DNA of 64,000 nucleotides from the NCBI GenBank assembly GCA_963822585.1, contig CAWGIE010000047.1:1-64000 (forward strand). The letters run 5' to 3'. The DNA is from an uncultured bacterium. GTDB taxonomy: Bacteria > Auribacterota > Erginobacteria > Erginobacterales > Erginobacteraceae. How positions within the stretch are numbered: position 1 is the stretch's first letter; each line of letters begins with the position of its first letter. The notes below the pieces were generated by a model, which saw only the letters and a program-made list of their open reading frames with translations, did no database searches and had not been told where the DNA came from. The translations under genes were made by a program, and so were the position numbers. Positions 41,026 to 50,644 of the stretch are shown here, in pieces.

Positions 41026-42189
41026 ATGATGAATAAAAAAACGATCGTCGTCGCCGGCGGCGGCTTCGCGGGCTGCAACCTGATCAGGCGACTGCCCCAC
41101 CACGCCGGCCTGGAAGTGATCCTGGTCGATCCGCGGAAGGAGGCGGTTTTTCTCCCCCTCCTGCCCGACGCGGTGGCGGGAAAAGTGGAGTTCGGGAAGT
41201 TGCTCTTCAACCTCCCCGAGTTCTGTCGCCGGAGAAGGGTCACGTTTATCAATCAGGCTGCCGTTAGGGTCTCCGAGGGGAGGAAACTTCTTCTGGCTGA
41301 CGGGCGGGAAATCCCTTTTGACTTTCTGGTCGTCTCCGCCGGGCAGGAGCCGAATTTCTACGGGAACGACCGGGCTCGGGCGAGCGCCTTCACCCTGGCG
41401 GGGATAGAGGATGCCCGCCGTCTGCGCCGGCGGATGGAAGAGGTCTTGCGGCAGGGGCGCGACCACACCTTCCTGGTCGTGGGAGGAGGGTACACCGGCG
41501 TGGAGACGGCTTCCGCCCTCGTATTCGCGGGGAGAAGGCTGGCCGGGGGGGGTGAGGCGCCTTTCACCGTCCGGATCGCGGAGATGGCTCCGCGGATTCT
41601 GGGACATCTCCCGGAAAAGATCGCCGGGCCGGCCCGGCGCGAGGTCTCCCGCCTGGGTATCGAAGTCACCCTCTCGGCCCGGCTGGAAGTGACGGACGGC
41701 GGAGAGGTGATCCTGAACGGGGAGACGGTCACGGATCTCACCCTGGTCTGGTCGGCCGGGATGCGGGCGGTCGACTTTATCCGGGGGTTGGATTACCCCC
41801 GGGATAAGCAGGGCCGCCTCCTGGTCGCCCCCGATCTCAGCCTGCCGGATTCCGGCCATATCTTCGCCCTCGGCGACAGTGCCGCCGTCGCCGACGCCGG
41901 CGGCGCCTTTCTCCGGATGGCGGTTCAGTTCTCCTGGGCGGAGGGGATCGCCGCCGCCCGCAACATTCGCCGCCGGCTCGCGGGGAAGCCTTCGCTGCCC
42001 TATCGTCCCCGCGATTACGGCTACCTGATCCCGCTTGCTTCCGGGAGAGCCTGGGGGTCTGTCCTGGGCGCTCGGGTCGGGGGACGGTTGGGATCGTTTC
42101 TGCATTATTTCATGTGCGTGTACCGCACGTTGAGCTGGAAGAACAGGATCGGTATCATCAAAGACCTGATAGTGGGAATAAGGGAGTGA
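41026..42189 (+). CDS. ndh: Type II NADH:quinone oxidoreductase-family flavoprotein
   Basis: VAGGGFAG, FLPLL, VVGGGYTGVE, VWSAG and FALGD. Confidence 0.82.
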   Translation: MMNKKTIVVAGGGFAGCNLIRRLPHHAGLEVILVDPRKEAVFLPLLPDAVAGKVEFGKLLFNLPEFCRRRRVTFINQAAVRVSEGRKLLLADGREIPFDFLVVSAGQEPNFYGNDRARASAFTLAGIEDARRLRRRMEEVLRQGRDHTFLVVGGGYTGVETASALVFAGRRLAGGGEAPFTVRIAEMAPRILGHLPEKIAGPARREVSRLGIEVTLSARLEVTDGGEVILNGETVTDLTLVWSAGMRAVDFIRGLDYPRDKQGRLLVAPDLSLPDSGHIFALGDSAAVADAGGAFLRMAVQFSWAEGIAAARNIRRRLAGKPSLPYRPRDYGYLIPLASGRAWGSVLGARVGGRLGSFLHYFMCVYRTLSWKNRIGIIKDLIVGIRE

Positions 42190-42550
42190 TGGCCCGCCTT
42201 CGCTGAAGCTTCGGCGGGTGAAAGTGGTGGAGTGATGGATTCATCGGGCTGGACGGGCATCTGTTTCCCAGTACTCCATTACTCCAATTCAGCTGACGCA
42301 GTCATACGCTATACCCTGTAGGGTCGACTCGAAAAGATATTCGAGCGGGAAATTCTAAATCCTAAATAAAACCTAAATCCCAATTACCGAATGCTCAAAA
42401 AATCGCCGGTTTTAGCCCCATCGTTTAGGGTTTTTCAGTTTTGGTCATTTGATATTGTTTAGGATTTAGTATTTCGGTATTAGGATTTAAGAACTTATGA
42501 GCTTTTCGAGTGAGCTCAAGCCGCTATGGCTAAGGTGGCTTACTCCAACA
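42172..42550. repeat. Nested composite repeat: octamer cassette containing a palindrome containing an AAATCCT cassette
   Basis: ACTCGAAAAG (42327) and CTTTTCGAGT (42502) bound the inner element, which is homologous to 8578-8755. Confidence 0.8.
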
Positions 42551-42579
42551 ATTCTTACCTACGACAAAGGAGCTTTGCC

Positions 42580-42993
42580 ATGCTGAAAAAGATATTCGGA
42601 AAAGCGGCGTCCTGGGCGCCTTTCTTCCTGCGGCTGGCGCTGGGGGCGATCTTCATCGCCCACGGGTCCCAGAAACTTTTCGGGGCTTTCGGCGGCCCGG
42701 GACTGAAGGGGTTTGCCGGATTTCTGGGAACGATGGGGCTGAAACCGGCCCTGGCCTGGGCGGTGCTGGTGGGGGCGGTCGAGTTTTTGGGCGGCATCTG
42801 CCTCCTCCTGGGAGTCCAGACCCGTCTCGCCGCTCTCTTCCTCGGGATCAACATGGTCATGGCCATCCTGTTCGTTCACCTCGGCCACGGCCTTTTCACC
42901 AGCAATCATGGTTTCGAGTTCCCCCTGGCTCTTCTTTCCGCCTGCATCAGCCTGCTTTTGACCGGCGGCGGCCGCGCCGCCCTCAGAGAATGA
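42580..42993 (+). CDS. DoxX-family membrane protein
   Basis: LRLALGAIFIAHGSQKLFG, EFLGG and GFEFPL, with an AGGAG RBS. Confidence 0.92.
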   Translation: MLKKIFGKAASWAPFFLRLALGAIFIAHGSQKLFGAFGGPGLKGFAGFLGTMGLKPALAWAVLVGAVEFLGGICLLLGVQTRLAALFLGINMVMAILFVHLGHGLFTSNHGFEFPLALLSACISLLLTGGGRAALRE

Positions 42994-43960
42994 TTCGTCG
43001 CCTGTTCGCGGCGCGGGGGGGAGCGTTTCGGCCGGCACGGCCGCGTTGCTCCTCGCACTTCCCGCGCTCGCCGGTGAGGGATACGGCCCGGTCGAGATCG
43101 CCCCCCGGGAGTGGGGGGCCTATCAGGCGCGCCTCCCCGACGATGACGCCGTCCGCTGGAGCGCGAACTGGGTCCTGGAGCGGGTGGATACGGCTCCCCC
43201 GGCGAAGTATACCGTCCGCGACGAACTGCGGGGCCGGTTCGAGGGCGACGACCGGGAGCAGACCCGGATCACCGAGGCCGAGTTCGTCCTCGACCGGGGC
43301 CGGATCAGGATGCGGCATTCCCTGCTCACGGTTCGGGATCCCGGAGACGGCGTCCTCTTTATTCTGGAGAAAGAGTTCGATCGCACCAAAGGCGAAGTCC
43401 GGACCCGGGCCGTCTATCCGCGGGAAGGGAAAACGGAACGGGAGACGTTTGAGCTGGGAGATCGGTTGGTCGATACCAAGGAGATCGTCTCTTTTCTCCG
43501 GGGATTTCCCTTTCCTCCGCCGGAGGAGGCGGAGAACGAGGACGCGGAGATGGAGATCACCCTTCTCAACGAGTCCCCGGACACCTATTCGGTCCTGATC
43601 GCCTGCGAGGGGATCGAGGAGGTAGAGACGCCGGCGGGGACGTTCCCCTGCTACAAACTGCGCCTGGTTCCCGATCTGGGCATTCTCACCTTCCTGGGGA
43701 AAATCCTGGCCCCCGACATCTACATGTGGTTTACCGTTTCCCCGCCTCATTTCTGGGTCAGGTACCGGGGGTTGGAGGGGGACCTGGGGACCCCGTCAGT
43801 GGTCTCGGAACTGGTCGAGTTCCATACCGCGCCGGCCCCCGGGACCCCCTCCACTGCCAATTCCCTCAGGGGAACTCCCGGTGTTCCGGGAAGGGAACCC
43901 GTCCCGCGCGGCCGGCCCGGAAGATCGCCTGCCGGAACAGGTGCGCCGCCGGCGCCCTGA
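42990..43960 (+). CDS. Secreted DUF3108-like protein; signal peptide out of frame at a G7 tract (43015-43021)
   Basis: EEVETPAGTFPCYKL motif. G8 would give MIRRLFAARGGSVSAGTAALLLALPALA from the ATGA-coupled start at 42990. Confidence 0.65.
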
Positions 43961-44063
43961 CCGCCGCGGTCGCGAACAGTTCCCGGCCGCAGATTCCCCT
44001 TTCCCCGATCCCCGGAACCCGGTAGTATAAGGAAGTAAACCGACAATCGGGATCAACGACGCC

Positions 44064-44480
44064 ATGAAAAAATCTATTCCTTTCCTGATGCTGGTCCTTC
44101 TTCTCGGCGCCGGTTGCGCGAGCGCGCCCGTGGCCGAGAGAAACACCGCCACTCCGGCCGAGGCCCTGATCGGGCACTGGCGGATGTCCGACGGTTCGGG
44201 AGAGGTATATTTTACTCCCGGCGGCGACTACCGGTTTATCGATCGCGACGGGAACACGGGCTCCGCGTCCTACCGGGTCATCGACCAGGATTCAGCCCAG
44301 AGGAGGATCGTGACCGTGATCCGCCTGCGGGAGCTGGGCGGGGAAGCGGTGGAGGAGTCGGCCGAGATGATGGTGGAAGGAACCTTCTCGCCCGATTACA
44401 CGGTTCATTCCGGAGAGAGTATCCGGGAAGGCGGGGTCTCCACCGGATCGTTCACCATGGAGTATCTCGGCGAAGAGTGA
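44064..44480 (+). CDS. Hypothetical lipoprotein (beta-rich)
   Basis: Lipobox GAGC and a LIGHW motif. Confidence 0.75.
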   Translation: MKKSIPFLMLVLLLGAGCASAPVAERNTATPAEALIGHWRMSDGSGEVYFTPGGDYRFIDRDGNTGSASYRVIDQDSAQRRIVTVIRLRELGGEAVEESAEMMVEGTFSPDYTVHSGESIREGGVSTGSFTMEYLGEE

Positions 44481-44496
44481 GGGAGGGGACGATCGC

Positions 44497-44769
44497 ATGA
44501 AAGACGATCTGGAGTGTTTCCGGTGCGGCAGCCGGCGGGTGGCGAAGGGCCGGGTCATCGGCCACCGGGGATACAAGCCGCGCTTCCTGCCCAACAGGAC
44601 CAGGTTCCTGAAGCTCTCACTCTCCACCCCTTTTCTGAAAGTGGAGTACGAGTCATTTGTCTGCGCGGACTGCGGCCTTTTCTGGTCGGTGACCGATGCC
44701 CCGGCAGCGAAGGAAAAGATAAAAAAATGGGGTACGGCCGAGCTGAAGAACCGCCTCGACCTCCGGTAA
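44497..44769 (+). CDS. Small zinc-ribbon protein
   Basis: CFRCGS ... CADCG, with a GGAGG RBS. Confidence 0.75.
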   Translation: MKDDLECFRCGSRRVAKGRVIGHRGYKPRFLPNRTRFLKLSLSTPFLKVEYESFVCADCGLFWSVTDAPAAKEKIKKWGTAELKNRLDLR

Positions 44770-45020
44770 TCAGTGATCGGTAATCAGTGATCAGTGGCTG
44801 AAAAACTGAACGTTCAAGGAAAACAGTTATCAGTGATCAGTAATCGGTGACCGGTAACTGAAAAACTGAACGTTCAACGTTCAACGCTCAACGTCCAACG
44901 TTCAACGTAATTGGGGCCGGGGCGGGGGAGACTTTACGTATTCAATCACATCCAATCGTCTGTTTCAAAAGGGGGCGAGGCGGGGGAACTTCGAACTTTA
45001 GGCACTTTGAACTTCAGACT
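44765..45020. repeat. Composite intergenic repeat (GTAATCA and AACGTTC arrays plus a 49-bp conserved block)
   Basis: 44939-44987 is identical to 50368-50416. Confidence 0.88.
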
Positions 45021-45026
45021 TTCTCT

Positions 45027-48000
45027 CTACCGGGTGACCGGGATATCGCCGTCGGCGCCGAAGTAGGCCCGCCGGCCGCCCGGCATCGCCCAGAGACCGG
45101 ACGCTCCCCGGAAGATGCCTCCCTCGTCGACCGAATCGCCGTTGTAATCGGCGGCCACCGGCTGGTCGGAGCAGTTCCCGAAGTAGCTCCGGGTTACCCC
45201 CTTGATCGCCCATAGTCCCTGCGCGGCCCGGAAGACGGCCGCTCTCCAGGTCCCGTCCCCGCTGTAATCGCCGGGGACGGGCCAGTCACCCTCGGCTCCG
45301 AAGTAAACCCGGCTCACCCCTTTCAGGGCCCAGAGGCCGGCACCGGGCCGGAAAATACCCGGCGTCAGCGCCCCCGCTCCCGAGTAGTCCCCGGGGAGCG
45401 GTAGGTCGTCGGCCGTCCCGAAATAGGCCCGGGTGACCCCCTTGACCGCCCAGAGGCCGGAAGCGCTCCGGAATATCCCCGGGTCACAGAAGCCGTCCCC
45501 GTCATAGTCGCCGGGGACGGGAATATCGGCTCCGCTCCCGAAATAGAGGCGGGTGACCCCCTTGACCGCCCAGAGGCCGGAGTTGCCCCGGAAGACGGCG
45601 ATCGCCGTCGTCCCCGCCCCGGCGTAATCCCCGGCCACCGGCATATCGTCGGTGCCGCCGAAATAGACCCGGGTGATCCCTCGTACGGCCCAGAGGCCGG
45701 CTCCCTCCCGGAAGACGGCGATGTCGTCGGTGCCGTCCCCGTCAAAGTCTCCCGTCGCTCCGGCCCGGTGCCGGTAGGGTTCCCCCGGCCCGCAGGTGGG
45801 GGAAGCGTCCGGTGTCGGGGAAGGAGTGGGTGACGCGGTGGAAGAGGGACTGGGGGTCGGGGTCGGGGAGGGGGAGGGACTGGAGGTCGGGGTTCGGGAC
45901 GGGGAAGGCGAGGCAGTGGGCGCCGGGGTTGCCGAGGGTGCCGGGGTAGCCGTGGGCGAAGGTGAAGCGGTTGGGGCCGGTGTCGGGTTGGGGGTGAGAG
46001 TGGAGGAGGGGGCGGGGGTGGCCGTGGCGCTGGGGGAGGGCGAGGGCGTCGCCGTCGGAATCGGGGAAGGGGTGACGGTCGGTGTCGCCGTCGGCGTCGG
46101 TTCGTAAACGAAGGGGTCCCCGTTGACCGTGGTCCCCGGGGAGTACAGGCTTCCTCCCGATCCTTCAAGCTCCGAGTGCAGATAGAAGAAGCCCCGTTTC
46201 TCGGGATACCGGTTCAGCGACTGGTCCAGACCGCCGTTTATCCCGTAAGTCACCGAGTCGTAGACATAATCTCCGTCCCGGAGGGTGACCGTATCGCCGG
46301 AGTTATTCAGGCCAAGGCCGTAGCCGCCGGAATTCGCGGTATCCCAGGCTGCTCCCCCGAAATCTCCGGTGGGGGTCCCGCCCCCGAAGATGACGACCGC
46401 TTTTCCGGGCGGGACTTCAAACGTGCTCACAAACGTGTAGCGGACCAAGTAGCTGTCGCTCAGGGTGCAGCCGCCCAAATCGACGGTATGGTTCGTCCAG
46501 TTGACCAGTTCCACGAACTCGTCCTCCCCGCCGTCCCGGTAGCCGTCACCGTTGGCGTCGCCCGCCAGTCCGTAGGCCGGATCGGCGTGGATCTCGTTGA
46601 TCACCACGTCCCCCTCCGGCGGCGCCGGCGTCAGCGTGGTCGTCGGCGCCGGGGACGGGGTGGCGGTGGGGGTCGGGGTGACGGTGGGGGAGGGTGTCGG
46701 CGTGACCGAGGCGGTCGGGGTGGGGGAGGGGGTGGCGGACGGCGTCGGGGAGGGGGTGAGGCTGGGTGTGATCGTGGGCGGCGGGTCCCCGTAATCGCTG
46801 GTCGTCGAGATTGTCCAGTCGGCCGCGCAGTTATGGTCGTCGTAGGTCAGTCTCTGGGCGTAGCCGTTGTTGATGTTGCCGGCCGCCGGCCCCTGGTCGG
46901 TGGTGCTGAATACCCCGTCACCCTGCTCCGGATCGCCCCATTGCTTCTTGGAGATCAGGTCGTTTCCGTCGGCAACCTCTCCCGCAATCATTGAACCGTC
47001 GTCGTTCGACCAGCAGAGAGCATCGAGGATATTCGCCCCGGCGGGATCGGTGGAATTCTCGGTGGTGATGATGAACTGATCGTCGGAGCTGGAGAGGGAG
47101 AGCGCGAGTGTGTTCTCGTACACGTCCCAGAGGCCGTTCGCTCCCTTTCCGCTGGAGTCGTTCTCGGAGGTCCCGGCCGCGTCGTGGATGATCAGGACAT
47201 CTCCGGTCACCATGGTCAGGGGGCCGTTGTCGGCGATGGGGAAGACGGCATCGTGATCGGTCATGTAGATCGTGGAGAGATCGGCACTCCCCAGTTTCAT
47301 CGAGAGCTCGACCCAGGGGTGCCCCAGGGGCTGGTCCTGGTCGATGGCTGCTTCCGTGATCAGGAGCTGGTAGCCCTCGTCCGCGTAGTGGTTGGTCAGC
47401 CCCGGTTCCGTGATGTCGTTCCCTCCCTCCCGGTCCACCGTGTCCACTGTGTAGGTAACGCCGTTGGTATAAAGATAGACGTGCCGGTTGCTGGTAAAAC
47501 AGTAGGCCATGGTCTCCGGCGCCCAGTCGGGATCCCCCACGTCGCCCGGATTGAGCCGGATGATCCGCTGGTCCAGGTGCTCCACCGCGGCCTGGAAGTG
47601 CTCCACGGTCGTCCTCCTCGGATGACCGTATCCGTTGCTCCAGACCGGGATGACCGCCACCTCGGGATCCATCTTCAGGCAGTAGGCCGCGCTGCTGATG
47701 CCGTTGGTTTCCGCCCCGTGGTGGTCGACCAGGCAGACGTCGGGGTCGCGGCCGAGGTCGTCGACGATGACGCTGGCGGCCGCCGATTCCGTGTCGCCCT
47801 CGGCGTCGGAGCCGAGGTAGAGATCGAAGCCGCCGTAAGTGATGAGCGCCGTGATTGATTTTTCGTTCTCGGTGACCCCGGAGGTGATATTGGGCCGGTT
47901 ATAGACATAGATGGTGTTGTCTTCGGCGTCGGCGTAATCGGGAGCGCCCCGGGTGAGGAAGGTGAGCGTCGCCCCGTCGCCGAGGTCTATCGCGCCCGCC

Positions 48001-48437
48001 GGCCCCAGGGCGGGGATGGCCCGTTTCGGGTTCCCGTTGACGATAGCATAATAGTCGGAGGGGATGCTGCCGCCGTGTTTCACGGTGCCGCCGCGGTCGT
48101 AATAAGTGCCGAAGTGGGAATCGCCGCCCAGCAGGTCGGAGAGAACGTCCAGTCCGCCGCAGTGGTCGGCGTCATAGTGCCCGGCTATCGCGTAATCAAT
48201 GTGGGTAATGCCGAGTTCGCTCAAAAGATCGTAGAGGTACCAGGCCGAGTTGTATACGTACATCTCGTCGTAGAGGACGGTCGTCCCGTTCGGCCCCCGG
48301 ATCAGGGTGCAGGTCCCGGAATTCCCGTTCGCCCAGACGAACCAGACCTCGAGAATGTCCCCGGCGAAGGCAGCGGTCGGTAACAACAATAAAATGACAA
48401 CCGCCGCCGCGGCTAAAATTTCCGTGAATCGTTTCAT
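45027..48437 (-). CDS. Secreted ComEC-like metallo-beta-lactamase-fold protein with lamin-tail-like domain(s), Pro/Thr linkers and a C-terminal six-repeat domain
   Basis: [14 protein letters not shown] and GYGHP. LTD-like [10 protein letters not shown]...DEFVELVN...[10 protein letters not shown]. It ends DIPVTR. Confidence 0.8.
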   Translation of the reverse strand: MKRFTEILAAAAVVILLLLPTAAFAGDILEVWFVWANGNSGTCTLIRGPNGTTVLYDEMYVYNSAWYLYDLLSELGITHIDYAIAGHYDADHCGGLDVLSDLLGGDSHFGTYYDRGGTVKHGGSIPSDYYAIVNGNPKRAIPALGPAGAIDLGDGATLTFLTRGAPDYADAEDNTIYVYNRPNITSGVTENEKSITALITYGGFDLYLGSDAEGDTESAAASVIVDDLGRDPDVCLVDHHGAETNGISSAAYCLKMDPEVAVIPVWSNGYGHPRRTTVEHFQAAVEHLDQRIIRLNPGDVGDPDWAPETMAYCFTSNRHVYLYTNGVTYTVDTVDREGGNDITEPGLTNHYADEGYQLLITEAAIDQDQPLGHPWVELSMKLGSADLSTIYMTDHDAVFPIADNGPLTMVTGDVLIIHDAAGTSENDSSGKGANGLWDVYENTLALSLSSSDDQFIITTENSTDPAGANILDALCWSNDDGSMIAGEVADGNDLISKKQWGDPEQGDGVFSTTDQGPAAGNINNGYAQRLTYDDHNCAADWTISTTSDYGDPPPTITPSLTPSPTPSATPSPTPTASVTPTPSPTVTPTPTATPSPAPTTTLTPAPPEGDVVINEIHADPAYGLAGDANGDGYRDGGEDEFVELVNWTNHTVDLGGCTLSDSYLVRYTFVSTFEVPPGKAVVIFGGGTPTGDFGGAAWDTANSGGYGLGLNNSGDTVTLRDGDYVYDSVTYGINGGLDQSLNRYPEKRGFFYLHSELEGSGGSLYSPGTTVNGDPFVYEPTPTATPTVTPSPIPTATPSPSPSATATPAPSSTLTPNPTPAPTASPSPTATPAPSATPAPTASPSPSRTPTSSPSPSPTPTPSPSSTASPTPSPTPDASPTCGPGEPYRHRAGATGDFDGDGTDDIAVFREGAGLWAVRGITRVYFGGTDDMPVAGDYAGAGTTAIAVFRGNSGLWAVKGVTRLYFGSGADIPVPGDYDGDGFCDPGIFRSASGLWAVKGVTRAYFGTADDLPLPGDYSGAGALTPGIFRPGAGLWALKGVSRVYFGAEGDWPVPGDYSGDGTWRAAVFRAAQGLWAIKGVTRSYFGNCSDQPVAADYNGDSVDEGGIFRGASGLWAMPGGRRAYFGADGDIPVTR

Positions 48438-48512
48438 GAAGTGCGGGTTAGCGCCTCCGGCGCGACTTCGTAGTGCAGGACTTCAGTCCTGCTCCGTTCG
48501 GGCAGGGCTAAA

Positions 48513-48660
48513 GAGGCTGTCAGATAAACCTGTTTTTGTGGGTTTGTTCTGGTAGCCGCACCTTTTAAGGTGCGCAATCATTTGACTGTCAAACAGGTGT
48601 ATTCTCACAAACGCAGGTTAAAACCCGCGGCTACCAGAAACAGGTTTATCGGACAGCCTC
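48513..48660. mobile_element. 148-bp MITE with 23-bp TIRs and a TAAA target-site duplication, inserted in a REP-like palindrome
   Basis: GAGGCTGTCAGATAAACCTGTTT matches the reverse complement of the right end at 22/23. TAAA lies at 48509-48512 and 48661-48664. Confidence 0.85.
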
Positions 48661-49199
48661 TAAAGCCCCGCGCGATAAATTCCGAAGCAGCAAAATGAAG
48701 CTTTCGTCGCCCCTGGTATGTAAAGTTATAAGAGGAAGGCGTAAGGAGGTTTTCCCCTTTATAGATCTCACTCTCCGCTTAACATAAGGACGTCTAAATC
48801 AATACACGATAACATATCAGATAAAAATCCCGGTGTCAATCCGATGAATGCCGGTAAAAGACGATAGAGAAGGGGCCCGTTCTCCTGTCGGGGAGTTCCC
48901 GGACCCTGATTATCGATTTCGGATTAGGCGGATAAGAACATCAAGAGCCCTGATGCCGCGGGCCGCCCCCCCGGTATTATGCTGGTTAGTCGAGGAATCA
49001 TATGATATGATAAAGCAACGGCGATCCCTCTACTCTTAGACTCTCGTATCTGATTATAGTTCATAAACCGTCCCTATTATTGCCGGCGGGTTTTTCCCGG
49101 GGATTATCCGGGTAGAATGAACAGCGGATGTTCTTCTTCACGGGTTGACATATTGTGTCGGGTAATAGGCGGTAAAGGAAACGGGAAGGGGAGGTGAGG

Positions 49200-50234
49200 A
49201 TGGTGAAAAAGATAGCATTCGGTCTGGTGATAGTGTTTGGTCTGTCTTCCGGATTGGTTTCTCCGGCGGCCGATTTCAACGGCGACGGCACCAACGATAT
49301 CGGGGTGTACCGCGGCGGGCTCTGGGCGGTCCGCAACGTTACCCGGCTCTACTTCGGCGGCGCCGCGGACGATCCGGTCCCCGGGGACTACAATGGCGAC
49401 GGGGTCATGGATTTCGGACTCTTCCTGGCGGCGAGCGGCCGCTGGGCGGTGCGGGACGTGACCAGGGTCTATTACGGTTCGGGCGGCGAACCCCTCCCGG
49501 GGATCATGCTCGGCGGCGGCGGGGGGAGTCTCTGGGGAACGCTGGGCGGCAACGTCTACCGCACGTCGGGCAAGGTCGGGATCGGGACCAGTGTCCCCGG
49601 CTCCGCGCTGGATGTCGAGGACGACGTGCTCGGCTATGTGGCCGAGTTCGTCAACACCCATGGAACATCCAACAGCTCCGGGATACTTGTTCAGGCCGGG
49701 AGTTACGGTGCCGGTGGGAGCGGCAGTTTGATAGATTTTCAGAACGGCCTCGGCGCCTTAATCGGCGATATCGAAGTTTCCGGGAATGATGTTGTTTATA
49801 ATAACTTCACCGGCGGCCACCCGGCATCTATTTCAGGCGAAGCTGCCGACGTCGGTTATCCCTACGGGACCGTGATGAGGTTGAAGAAGACCGTCTCCCC
49901 TCACGAACAATCCCACCAGGTTGGTTACGTGGTTGAACCGTCCACCCGGCCTTACGATAAATCTGTTTTTGGGATTTATTCCAACCGGAAGGCAAGTGGC
50001 AAGAATCTCCATAATATCTTGACGGTCGGCGACGGCCGCATCCTGGTCACGAAGGAAGGCGGGGACATCGAGGTCGGGGATTATCTCACCACCTCCAGTA
50101 AAGAAGGGCACGCGATGAAGCAGTACGATGACCTTCTCCACGGCTACACCGTGGCCAAGGCCCAGGAGCCGGTCCGGTGGGGGGAAGAGAAATCCGAAAG
50201 CAAGCTGATCGCCTGCACCTATCACGCGCAGTAG
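49200..50234 (+). CDS. Secreted fibre-like protein: two GDYNGDG repeats, GKVGIGT beta-fibre motif, and a peptidase G2/intramolecular-chaperone-like C-terminus
   Basis: Signal peptide, VYRTSGKVGIGTSVP and GDIEVGDYLTTSSKEGHAMKQ...TVAKAQE. Confidence 0.65.
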   Translation: MVKKIAFGLVIVFGLSSGLVSPAADFNGDGTNDIGVYRGGLWAVRNVTRLYFGGAADDPVPGDYNGDGVMDFGLFLAASGRWAVRDVTRVYYGSGGEPLPGIMLGGGGGSLWGTLGGNVYRTSGKVGIGTSVPGSALDVEDDVLGYVAEFVNTHGTSNSSGILVQAGSYGAGGSGSLIDFQNGLGALIGDIEVSGNDVVYNNFTGGHPASISGEAADVGYPYGTVMRLKKTVSPHEQSHQVGYVVEPSTRPYDKSVFGIYSNRKASGKNLHNILTVGDGRILVTKEGGDIEVGDYLTTSSKEGHAMKQYDDLLHGYTVAKAQEPVRWGEEKSESKLIACTYHAQ

Positions 50235-50239
50235 TAAAG

Positions 50240-50470
50240 CAGGGGGAAGGGATAAGGGGTAAGGGGTAAGGGGACAGGGTTCAGGGTTCAGGGGACGGCG
50301 GGGGATGAAAAACCGAACATCGAACGTTCAACGTCGAACGTCGAACTTTTGCGCCCGGTTCCCCTCATATTCAATCACATCCAATCGTCTGTTTCAAAAG
50401 GGGGCGAGGCGGGGGATCATTTGTGTAATCCTTCGGCTACGCTCAGGACAAGTTTCGCGTAATTCGTAGT
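50240..50470. repeat. Composite intergenic repeat (AGGGGTA, TTCAGGG and AACGTCG arrays; conserved block; nested palindrome)
   Basis: The 50298-50416 unit is homologous, on the reverse strand, to tandem units at 62070-62260. Confidence 0.8.
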
Positions 50471-50644
50471 TTAAAAAGAGGGGGATCAATCAGAGACCCC
50501 GCAAAGTGTCTTTGGCACCGCGGGGTGAAAAATTTGTGAAATCTCTGGACCGAATAGGGGCCGCGGTAGAGGGATAGACGGCAAGGTTTAACGCATTCGG
50601 CAAACCGGGAACTGCCTGCTGCCCGCGGGAAAGGTGCGTAAAAG

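Noticed and set aside
49200..50234. Prophage remnant based on tail-fibre-like motifs
   Set aside because: The protein has a signal peptide and host-type repeats, and no other phage genes are nearby.
50590..50640. c-di-GMP-I riboswitch (GGCAAACC) before GH9
   Set aside because: The downstream GAAA tetraloop stem and GACGCAAAGC consensus are absent.
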